A DNA stretch of 64,000 nucleotides from Takakia lepidozioides (Eukaryota > Plantae > Bryophyta), in NCBI GenBank assembly GCA_030704615.1, contig CM060734.1:33852001-33916000 (forward strand). The letters are read 5' to 3'. Each line of letters opens with the position of its first letter. Position 1 is the stretch's first letter. A model generated the notes under the pieces. That model ran no database searches, was not told the DNA's origin, and saw only the letters and a program-made list of their open reading frames with translations. Shown piece by piece: positions 37,175 to 46,943 of the stretch. The translations under genes and the position numbers were made by a program.

Positions 37175-37190
37175 CTCGAGAAAGATCAGC
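37175..37190 (+). promoter_or_regulatory. Putative self-priming primer-binding site
   Basis: CTCGAGAAAGATCAGC is the reverse complement (15/16) of GCTCATCTTTCTCGAG at 37004-37019; no TGG-initiated tRNA PBS at this position. Confidence 0.6.
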
Positions 37191-37859
37191 TCGTATCTGT
37201 GAGTGCCAGATACGAGTTAGTTGTAGCACTTGTGGTTTTTGCTTGAGAATGAGAGAAACCAAGTTGTTATGCAAGGAGCACCGTGGAGCTCTTGGTTGTT
37301 AGAAGCGGAGGCGATGTGGGTTACGAGGTGGTAGACCTTGGCATTCGATCTTCAGCTTCAGAGATGAAAGCACCATGCTGCAGGTAATTCCAGAGCACCT
37401 TGATGGTTTCAGATTGTGTACATGCATGAGCAAGCACGATTGGGAAGAGGACCAGTCAAGAGCAGGGGTTATAGTGGCTTTGGTGGCAAAGCTGAGAACT
37501 GGACTTGGGAATGCGAGCTTTCATTGTGTGAAGGATTGCAAGACCAAGCAAAAGGCTGATTTGGCTTGGGGCAAATCAGTGCACTTTGTGGAGTATGGTG
37601 AGATTGGGTTTCAATCTCGAGCTTCAGCATTGAGAGGGCTCTTGTCATGGCAAGAGCAGGGCTGGAACAGGAGCTAAGAGGTGCGGCAAGGCCATGGAAT
37701 GTGCACCTAGGGTTTCAGAGCTTGGAAGAAGAGCTTTTGCACCACAAGAGAAGTGTCTTGTGGCTGGAAATGTAAGCCTTAGGGTTTCAGGAGCTTGGCA
37801 AAGGCTGTGGAGTGCTTAGTCTGTCTTGTCTTAGAGAGCATCAAGGAGCCAAGGAGCCA

Positions 37860-38970
37860 AGATAGGGGGCTGATATCTCTTGTGTGAAGAGGTTGCATGT
37901 GTGGAGCATGTATTCAGCTCATTGAAGCTTCCATCTTCAAGCTTGGAGGGCAAGCAAGGAAGAGGGAAGGGCTGACTTCCCTTATGTGAGGGCAATGCAT
38001 GTGTGGAGCATGCTATCAGCCTGGTGAAGGCTTGCACTTTCAGGTGTGGGAGTGCAAAAAAAGGAAGGAAGGGGCTGGTTTCCCTGTAGGGCATGTGGAG
38101 CATGCTTTCAGCCTGCTGAAGCTTGTATTTTCAGGTTTGTGGGTGCAAGAAATGAAGCAAAGGAGCTGATTCTCTTATGGTGAGAGTGGGGCATGTGTGG
38201 AGCATGCCTTCAGCCCATTGAGGCTCTTGTTTTCAAGCTTTAGAGAGCTAGAACGGAAGGTCTAGGGCTGGTTTCCACTTGGAGTGAAAGAAAAGCACTT
38301 GTAGGGCCTATGTGAGTTGGGGTTTCAACTTCAAGCTTGAAGGGAGCGCAACTCTTGAAGCAGCAGGTGTAGGGGGCTGGAATAGGCTCTAAGACAGATG
38401 CTATGGCCAAGGAGAGTGCTTGAATGAGTGCTCACAAGGGCTGGGAACCAGCAGGGCTTGGTTGTTTGCCATTGAGTTTAGTGGCGTGTTTGGGGAGGCT
38501 AAGTGAGAAAGAAGGCTTGGTTTGTGGCAACCACCTCATGGCTTAGGGCTACTATGGTGGTGTGTGGGAGCCGAAAGAGCAAGAATACCTTGCTGATTTC
38601 CTCACAGCCGCCATAGCTCGGTGGAAAGAAGCCTAGAGTCCAAGAGACACAAACCCTTTGGCGTGGCTAAACCCTTGGAGAAATGGCTAAACTGCCAGAG
38701 CGGCCATGGAAATGGCTGTGACAGGCTGTGCCTGGCTCCCCAATGGCGACAAGGCCCCGTCGTGAGGGGCGGGCTGTGTCAGGCCGTGCCTGAGGCCGGC
38801 TAGTGACAGGGCTGTGACAGGCTGTGTGATGTGACTGTGAGGGGCTTGTGAGCTGTGCCGGGCTGTGAGGCTGTGCCTGTGGCCCTGTGACAGCTGTGAA
38901 CCTGTGTGACGGCTGTGACCAGTGAGCTGTGTGGGGTGCTGGTGTGGTGGCCCGTGTTGACCTGTGGACG
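37860..38970 (+). repeat. Tandem repeats in the element leader (4 x ~100-bp GCATGTG(TG)GAGCATG units; GGCTGTGAC-type simple repeats at 38700-38960)
   Basis: Directly visible recurring motifs. Confidence 0.75.
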
Positions 38971-39642
38971 GCCTGTGCTGACTCGTGGAGGCACTGGTGG
39001 ACTGCCTAAGGACTGGCATGTGGTCTGGAAGGCCGAATTTTGAAGCTCGTGGAGGGCGGTTTGAGGAGTCTTCATGATATTCCCATGGTCATGCAAGTGA
39101 GGGAAGAGAGAGGAGATGAAGAGTGTTGGGATGAGGGCATGCTGGGGTTAGGCATTGCTTTAGCTTCTCTTCCTCGTAGTTTCCACCCTCTCATTAGGCC
39201 AAGACCTTTCCGTAGGTGGAGGCAAGAGTCAGTCCGGGTTTGGGCTGGGGTGTCCTTGCAGGAGCAACACCGTGGAGTTGTTTTTGGTGTGGGGGAGTTG
39301 TCGTTCTGATTTCTTGTGTTTGGATCCCCTCCATACCTGCATGCTTGACTGTGCGCCATGCTAGTTTTGTGTGGGCGCTTGTTTTATAGGTGATTGGTCC
39401 GGATTTGATCACCGGCCAGTCCTAGAGCATGCTGTCGATGGTGAGGCTGGGGTGATGACCAGCCAGACCATCATTGTTTCTCCTGTGGTGAGGTTGGAGG
39501 TGATGACCAGCCAACCATAGGAGTGCTTGCGGTGGATGCAGGTACAGGTGTAGGCTATGTTAGGAACTTAGTATTCCAAACCATAAGCCGCAACAGGTTC
39601 TCTACCCGGTTACCTTGTGGAGAGGGGGTTAGGGACATGTTC

Positions 39643-41100
39643 ATGACCGGTTGAGTGTCAACACGGAGGTGCCACTAGTTGCTGGGGACAGTGCCGGTTC
39701 GAGCACTAGCGATACTAGTGGGTACACGAGACGAGGTGTGCGGTTTAGGCCACCTTCACCTCCTGTGTCTTCCACGGAAGGTTCTGATTCGGATTGTGAA
39801 TCAGGAGGACTCATACCGGCGGTGCAAGTTGTTTCTTTGCCATTGTTGTGGGACACAATGGAGGAGATGTATGGAGCTACCAAGGGGCCACGAAGGTACT
39901 CTGGGGCGGTGGGCACCATCGAGTTGGATGATTTTATCCAAGAGTTTGATAGTTGGTGTGTGATTTGCAGCAAATGCGCAATCCACAACTATTTACGCCT
40001 TTCATGGCATGGAAAGGGCTGTTTCAGCACCTTGAGGGGCCGCCTATGGATGATTACCATGAGTTCAGGCGGGGGCATGAGGTTGAGATCGAGGAGTGGA
40101 GGATGTACTGGTCACCCGACTATGTCTCCATCACTAGGGGCACTAGAGCCACGAGGGCAGTGGCTACACCTGCCGCTGCACCGGCAGCTTCAGCAAGTAG
40201 CAGTGGACTAGTGGGACTGGTGGTACAGTAGCTACGACGTCCACCCAAGCCACTACCGCACCAGCACTAGCACCCGTGCCTGCCTTCAACCCTGTTGTGG
40301 AGTTCTTCGAAGAGTTGAGAGGGAACTACCAAGGGGTGAGGACAGAGAAGTTGCGGAGCTTGCAAGAGTTCCAACGGAAGCCGACCGAGAGCTTGAGGGA
40401 GGCTTTCACTCGCATGAGGCGCTTGATAAATGTAACCCAAGGGGTTACGGAAGCTCAGGCAGTCCAATTCTGGTATGGGATATTGGACAAGGAGCTGAGG
40501 AGAAGGGCGGGATGCAACTCTCCTACAAGCGGCCCAACCCACCTTAGCAAATGTGTTTTTGCTGGCAGAGCGGATAGAGCTCAACATGGTGGAGGAACGA
40601 GTGGTCATGGTGGGATTTGCTAAGGAGACACCACGGGGTAGTGGTGCTCCTAGCCAACCACTACCTCAACGTGCTCAAGGCAACAAGGGGGCTCAGGTGA
40701 AGCTCAGGGAAGGGCAGAGAGGACCTCAGATGCAGGGGTCTCTCCCTTCATTTGCTGGCCAACAACGGGCGGATGTGGTGTGCTGGACATGTGGAGGACC
40801 CCATGTCAAGAAGGATTGCCCAGAGGGAGGCAAAGGGCCGGCACATGCACAGCCTGCACAGTTGCAGTGTGGGCATTGTGGCAAGCACGGGCATGGAGAG
40901 GCCCAGTGTTATGGTTTGCATCCTGAGTTGCGCCCAGGCCAGTTCCAAGGGAACAATGGTGGCGGGGGCGAGGTGGAGCAGCCCAGAGAGGACGAGGTGG
41001 CCAGCCACGAGGTGCAGGCCAAGGGCAAGCTCAACATGGCCAAGGACGCGGAGGTCAGGGTGTTGACCAAGGCATGGCCAACCGGCTTCAGCAGCTAGAG
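39643..41100 (+). pseudogene. gag with two zinc knuckles
   Basis: ELDDFIQEFDSWC; LQEFQRKPTESLREAFTRMRRL; CWTCGGPHVKKDC and CGHCGKHGHGEAQC; several frameshifts. Confidence 0.85.
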
Positions 41101-41779
41101 CAGAGGCTCGCTGCCATGGCTACAGCTCAGGTGGTACCGGCTCTAAGGCCGGATGGTCCACCTCCTGCTCCTGAGGGAGGAGATATGGGAGGCATGGGAT
41201 TCATGTGGGGAGCAGCACTACCACTAGTGCAGGTGGAGTCTGCTGCAGCCGTGACTCGAGGAGCAGCACGAGTTCCTGAGCCACGAGGTGCAGAGGTGGA
41301 GTTGGATCCACAGCGTGGGGAGGCAAGCCGTCAGGCTAGGCTTCCTCAGTCATTCACATTGGCGGAGACAGTGTCGACGCCATCCATGGCACCTAGTTCT
41401 CGCCCGACTGTTACCGAGGCGGAGGTTACTATGCCATTGGGGAGAGCTACACGGGTAGCACCACTACCTAGTGTTGCCAAGGCTACGGCAGCTAGTGTGC
41501 TGCTAGGAGCGGCCACATCTGTGTGCCAGGCTCCATTGTTCTCGGCTACCATGATTGCGACGCGGGGGTAAGACCAGCTGAGGTGTTCAGGCTGGCAGCT
41601 ACACTCTGTGAGAGTGGGGAGGTTACTTCATCTTCTGCGGAGATAGTGGGAGGTGTAGTGCCGGAGGGATCCTCGGATTTGAGGGTCAAGACTGCCACGG
41701 CGGCGCCATGGCAAGCTGCAGCTGCCAGGTTGATGGAGCTGCCAGCTAGGCCAGCCATTGAGCGCGCCATGGTGACACC

Positions 41780-42200
41780 TGGAGTTGTCATGTTAGACAA
41801 CCAGGATGGCATTTTCTGTTTGAGTGGACCGGCAGGCAAGAGGTACCGGCCACTGCGGGTCTTGTTGGACTCGGGAGCTCAGCCATTGATGCTGGCAGAG
41901 CTGCTATTGCAGGCTTGGGCCTCACGGAGGCGGATATGGAGCCTTGTCCTTTCCAGATACAGACGTCTCTGGGAGGATCGGAGCAGGCTCGGGGCATGAC
42001 ACGGCGTGAGTTGGCTATCAGACTACGGCCGGATCACCCTACAGATGGCTCAGTGATGCGAGCCAAGGCCATTGTGACAGACGCGGTCTCATACGATGTG
42101 GGGCAGTGTTGTACCCCATGGGCTTCACCCTGGATTTTTGGGAGGAGTCAGCTTCCTATAGGCCTGCATGGCAGTCAGGGGAGGGCCGGCGTGTGCAGCT
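41780..42200 (+). pseudogene. Aspartic protease domain
   Basis: RVLLDSGAQPLML (catalytic D codon 41868-41870). Confidence 0.8.
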
Positions 42201-42539
42201 CCCTGTGACGTTCATAGGAGGAGTTGCGGTTGCCCAGCGAGGCAAGATGCCGACACTAGCAGCATTCACAGCAGTGAGTTGGCCTAGAGAGTTGCTTGAG
42301 GGCAATGCTCATTCAGAGGATGTGCCACCTCCGGGAGAGCAGGATGACATGTATGGTATGGCGGAGTTGCCTACCATGGTTGCTCAGACTCCATTGTGGG
42401 GCACGAGCAAGGATTTGCAGCGGGATGCTGATCGACGGGTGCAACAAGCCTGGGTGGAGGCTTTTGTACCGCAGAGGAGGAGGAGAGTGGGGATTGCACC
42501 AGGACCACCTCAATTGTCTCCATTGGACACCACAGGCAG

Positions 42540-42796
42540 TATCCGGATGAAGGCATTTGTCTTCTGGACTTGTTTGGCGGGATCAGCACCGGATTGGCTG
42601 CTGTGTTACAAGCAGGTGTACGAGTTTGGCGTTACCTAATGTGGGAGGGATGAGACTGCACGACGCGCTTCGCCATGTTGCTCAGTTGGTGCGTACCCTG
42701 AGTTGTTGTCGGTGTCTGCAATTCGTGGAGATCAGCAGGCCTTGCCAGCAGACATTTCGTTGCGGGGGCGCAGGATTTCGGGTTGACCCTATAGAT
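42540..42796 (+). pseudogene. C5-cytosine DNA methyltransferase (Dnmt3-like) N-terminal fragment, motifs I-III
   Basis: YPDEGICLLDLFGGISTGLAAVLQAGVRVWRYL..., then across frameshifts YPELLSVSAIRGDQQALPADISL..AQDF.VDPID; parallels Dnmt3 VLSLFDGIATGL...GIQVDRYIASE...GPFDLVIGG. Confidence 0.75.
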
Positions 42797-44045
42797 ACAG
42801 TGACATGGAGAGGTCTTTGATGCAGATGAGGACTCAAGATCTGGGAGGCAGGTTTGTGGAGCTCTTGGTGGAGAGATACTTCAGCCACGAGTGATGCAAG
42901 CCAAGAAGGATGTCTATGGCAATTGGACGGGAGAGAGGTATGTGCGGTGATTACGGCCTGTGTAAATCGTCAGACCAAGTCCGATAAGTATGCCATGCCA
43001 ACACCAGAGGAGATCATTTGATGCCATCGGGCATGCTTAAGCCTTTAGCACTTTGGATTTACGATCGGATATCACCAGTTGCCAATCAAGGAGGCGACAA
43101 GCAGAAGACGACATTCTGGGGATCAAGGAGCACGGCAAGGATTGCCATATCAGTGGCGGTTCTTACCATTTGGGCTTAAGAATGCTCTTGCAGAGTTTCA
43201 GAGAGTCATGGATAGGATTCTAGCAGGGGTGGACTTTGCTCGGTGCTACATAGATGACATCTTCATCTTTAGTGTTACGAGGGAGGGAGCATGAGAGACA
43301 CCTTCAGGTGGTATTGGAGCACTTGAGAGCGCATAGATTGAAGTGCATCCGAGGAAGTGCAAGTTTTTCCACAACCAGATTGAGTATCTGGGTCACATGA
43401 TATATCCTGGAGGATTGGGGTACAGCAGACTAAGGTAGAGGCCATTGCACAAATTCCACGCCCCACGGATGGAGCCGAGTTCGAGCTTTCATGGGGTTGG
43501 CAAAACTATTATAGACGGTTTGTCGAGGGATTTAGTACCATTGCAAAGGCTCTAACCAAGCTGACCAAGGGTGGACCAGGAGGACAGTGGGAAGATGAGC
43601 AGGAACGAGCTTTTGAAGAGCTCAAGGCGAGGTTGACCTCGGCGCCTATCTTGAGACGACCTATCAGGGGCGTCCCTTTCAGCTGCATACGGATTGGAGC
43701 ATGCTGGGGCTTGGAGCGGTGCTCACACAGGTGGATGATGAGGAAGAGAGTTTGTAGTGGCTTACGCTAGCGCTCGAACAACGCTGCAGAGGCTAAGTAC
43801 AGCTCATATGAGGGGAGAGTGCTTAGCTGCCAGTGTGGGCCGTGGCACACTCAGGTGCTATCTAACGGCAATCTTTTCACCCTTGTCACGGATCACCAGC
43901 CACTCAAGTGGTTGATGGAGTCAGACAAGCTTACGGGAAGCTTGCACGGTGGGCACTCATACTCAGGAGTATGACTTTCAGGTGTGCATCGACCGGGTTT
44001 GGTCAATCGGGATGCGGATGGATTGAGTCGCAATCCATGCATGAG
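42787..44045 (+). pseudogene. Reverse transcriptase and RNase H
   Basis: PYRYSDMERSL, MCGDY, DKYAMPTPEE, FSTLDLRSGYHQ, LPFGLKNA, CYIDDIFIFS; LHTDWSMLGLGAVL, YSSYEGECLA, VTDHQPLKWL, ADGLSR. Confidence 0.92.
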
Positions 44046-44409
44046 CCAGCAGGATGACACTGGGAGCTCGGTGGCATGGTGAGACGGACGAGGAGATGGT
44101 GCGGGATGGCACGCATCTGCAATTTTTGTGTATCTTGGCATCGGGAGGTCAGATTGGACCTACAACAGAGATGACTGTAGACGGAGTGTCTGAGGACCCT
44201 GAGGCTAGTGATGAGCTAGTGGTGCCAGAGATATACATGAGGATTCGGCTGTGTTGGACTACCTCCGCATGGGAGACACCGGCAGCCATTGTGACTGCCA
44301 GGGAGAGGGATCGGATCCTGCAACGAGCCAAGAGTTCAAGGGGGGGATACACCTACTTCGAGTGTGGGAGGATGGTGGGTGAGGATTGTGCCTCACCCCA
44401 CACAGCGTG

Positions 44410-45480
44410 CAGGTTAGTGCGGCATGCCCATGAGGAGTTGGGGAATTTGGGAGTGCGACGCACTCACAGTTTACTGCAGGGGCAGTATTGGTGGCGTGGT
44501 ATGCATACAGAGGTGCAACAGTTCGTGGCTAGGTGCATGGTGTGGTGATAGGGTGCGTGCTTCATTCAACGCCCCTACACCACAGTTGCATCCTTTACCA
44601 ATCATGGGATTGGGCTACAGGTGGAGTCTTGACTTCGCAGGATCGTTGCCACTGACTATGCGCCACCACAGAGAGTATATTGTGGTGATGGTGGAGCACT
44701 TCTCCAAGTGGATTGAGTTGGTTCCATTGCCTGACAAGGCTAGTGAGGGGCTGCGTATGCATTCTTGGATTGTGTGCTTAGCCGATTTGGTTGCTCCAGC
44801 TGAGGTACTCACGGACCAAGGGAGAGAGTTTTTGGGGAGTTTCAGGCTTTGTGTAATAAAGCCTTGATAGACCACCGCACCACTTCTCGGGATCATCCTG
44901 AGGCCGATGGCTTAGCAGAGAGAGTTGTTCAGACGGTGAAGAGGGGTTTGCGCAAGTATGGCTTGCAGAAGGGACACCTAGGAGATTGGGATCTTCAGGT
45001 TCCTTGGTTAGCCATGGGCTACAGGTTCAGCAAACAAGCATCACTTGCCTCCTTCTCATCATATTTCCTTCTCTTTGGCCGAGAGCCGGATTTGCCTGCA
45101 GCCATTCGTAGGAACACTGCTCAAGTCCTTAACCTTGACGATCCGGACGTGTGGGTACGTGCATGTGATCAGCGTGCAGAGTTGTTCAAGAAAGTCATGC
45201 CCATGGCTTTGAGAACCTTGCCATTGCACAACACCGTGATACGTTGAGGTATGCCACTATACGTGGTGGAGGATATCGTCCTGGGGTCCGGAGGTTTAGC
45301 CCTGGTGACTATGTTTATTTGCAGCAGACTGCTCCTACGACTCTGGATGTTACTGCAGGGCGTGTTATTCTGAGGGTTCAAGAGGTGTTGCCCTCAAGAG
45401 TCCTGATCTTGGAGGGTCGGGATGGCATGACTTGGAAGGACCATGTGCGTAATTGTGCACCATGTCACCTTCCCAATGTC
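44410..45480 (+). pseudogene. DDE integrase
   Basis: HAHEELG..YWWRGM..CMV (HHCC-like), WSLDFAG, VEHFSKWIE, VLTDQGREF, HPEADGLAERVVQTVKRGL, FSPGDYVYL. Confidence 0.92.
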
Positions 45481-45528
45481 GATGGCAGAGTTGACCCAAA
45501 CTTGGCAGTGGTACCTGCAGGTTTGAGG

Positions 45529-45673
45529 TGCATGCTCTGTGGGTCTGCCAAAAGGGGCAGCCACCATGCTAGTGTGTGATCGATGCTCAAGGGATTGGCA
45601 TATGGGATGCTTGACACCACCTCTTGAGAAGGTTCCTGACGGAGATTGGTTGTGTCCACACTGCTTGGGATAG
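45529..45673 (+). pseudogene. PHD finger at the integrase C-terminus
   Basis: CMLC...MLVCDRCSRDWHMGCLTPPLEKVPDGDWLCPHC* (C4HC3; one frameshift near 45550). Confidence 0.9.
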
Positions 45674-45932
45674 TGGCAGTGGACATGACTGGAGGCAGCT
45701 AACAAGACATGGGAGGCCAAGCTCATAGAAGTCAATACATGAGATCCCAAGCTCAAGTTCACAGGTTGCAAGACGGCGACTAACGATGGGGCAACTCTTG
45801 CACCCGGCCTCTTGATCTATCGAGTTTGAGTGTAGTAGGGACAGTGGTGGAGGACTTAGTGAGGCTATGGTCACTATCACATCTTGTGGCTACCTGGACT
45901 TAGAGGGACCTAAGCACCAGCTATGGGGGCGA

Positions 45933-46629
45933 TTGTGTGGACTAGTGACTGCCATAGTGGGCAGCAAAGTGGCAGCCTAGTGACTGACTAGTTGTAGCCT
46001 AGTGGTTGGACTAGTGGCTGGACTAGTGGTGGACTAGTGATATACTAGTGTGTGGCGTGCACATGTGTTGTGTGGTTCTGTACAGCGATGTAGTTGTGTA
46101 GCGATACGTATGCGCACGACAGCTGTCAAGTTATTTTACCACTAGTGTGAAACTAGCTAGGAAATAGCTAGCTTTTACATATTGACATTTGGGATTGGCC
46201 CAAGTGTCAATCCAGGGGTCAAGGCAGATTTAGGCCCTGGAGTGGTTATCTTCATGGCAAGCGCGGAAGACTCATCTTTCTCGAGTTGAGCCTCACCGCG
46301 CCTAGCTATGGCGCCGTAGTGTGGATTCCCCATGGCGTGGGGTGCACTTGGCTTGACTTGTATTTGAGTGATGAGGTTATATATGCATGAGTTTATGCTT
46401 CAGATTTGTGAGCTCGTGCTTGTATTCTTCTTCTTTATCATTGTGTGGACTAGTAACTGCCATAGTGGGCAGCATAGTGGCAGCCTAGTGACTGACTAGT
46501 TGTAGCCTAGTGGTTGGACTAGTGGCTGGACTAGTGGTGGACTAGTGGTATACTAGTGTGTGGTGTGCACATGTGTTGTGTGGTTTTGGACAGCGATGTA
46601 GTTGTGTAGCGATATGTATGCGCATGACA
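45933..46629 (+). repeat. 3' terminal block B1 (45933-46121)-gc-A2 (46124-46440)-B2 (46441-46629), preceded by a short purine-rich GGGGGCGA PPT-like tract
   Basis: Direct alignment; B has many GGACTAGT motifs; ~8 mismatches between B1 and B2. Confidence 0.95.
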
Positions 46630-46919
46630 TTTCAATTATCACTCGGAAATTCCTTGAAATCACTCGGCTAGCATGTAATTGGCTGCCGGTTTTCCTTATT
46701 GGTAGGCTCCACTTCACTATCAATACTATCCTACGGTGGGATGCATTGCCAAGATATTCACACTCTGAAACATCAACTTTGGTCAAATCCACACAGATAC
46801 CAAACACTACCTCCGTGCTCTCCACCTCACCGCCCTTAGATCCCTCATTGCACTCATCCTCAAGAATAGAAACTCGGCAAGTTGTTGTGCCTATGTCTCA
46901 GGCTAGACCCCAGCTTTCT

Positions 46920-46943
46920 TATATATATATATATATATATATA
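46920..46943. repeat. (TA)n microsatellite
   Basis: Visible. Confidence 0.95.

Larger units (their letters stand above)
36858..46629 (+). mobile_element. Ty3/Gypsy-type retrotransposon with split direct repeats (A-internal-B-A-B), encoding gag-PR-DNMT(partial)-RT-RH-INT-PHD; frameshifted
   Basis: Termini TGTCA...TGACA; TTTC TSD at 36854-36857 / 46630-46633; A1 36858-37174 = A2 46124-46440; B1 45933-46121 = B2 46441-46629; PR-RT-RH-INT order. Confidence 0.92.

Noticed and set aside
36858-46440. Conventional LTR element bounded by A1 and A2 only
   Set aside because: No TSD at those ends (TTTC vs TTGT) and no PPT before A2; the TSD and terminal inverted repeat appear only when B2 is included
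45933-46629. Separate small B-A-B TRIM or solo-LTR insertion
   Set aside because: No TSD around B1..B2 or around A2; B1 follows the element's own PPT-like tract and A2 matches the 5' terminus
36858-46629. DIRS/Ngaro/PAT tyrosine-recombinase element
   Set aside because: A DDE integrase, an aspartic protease and a TSD are present; no recombinase motifs seen
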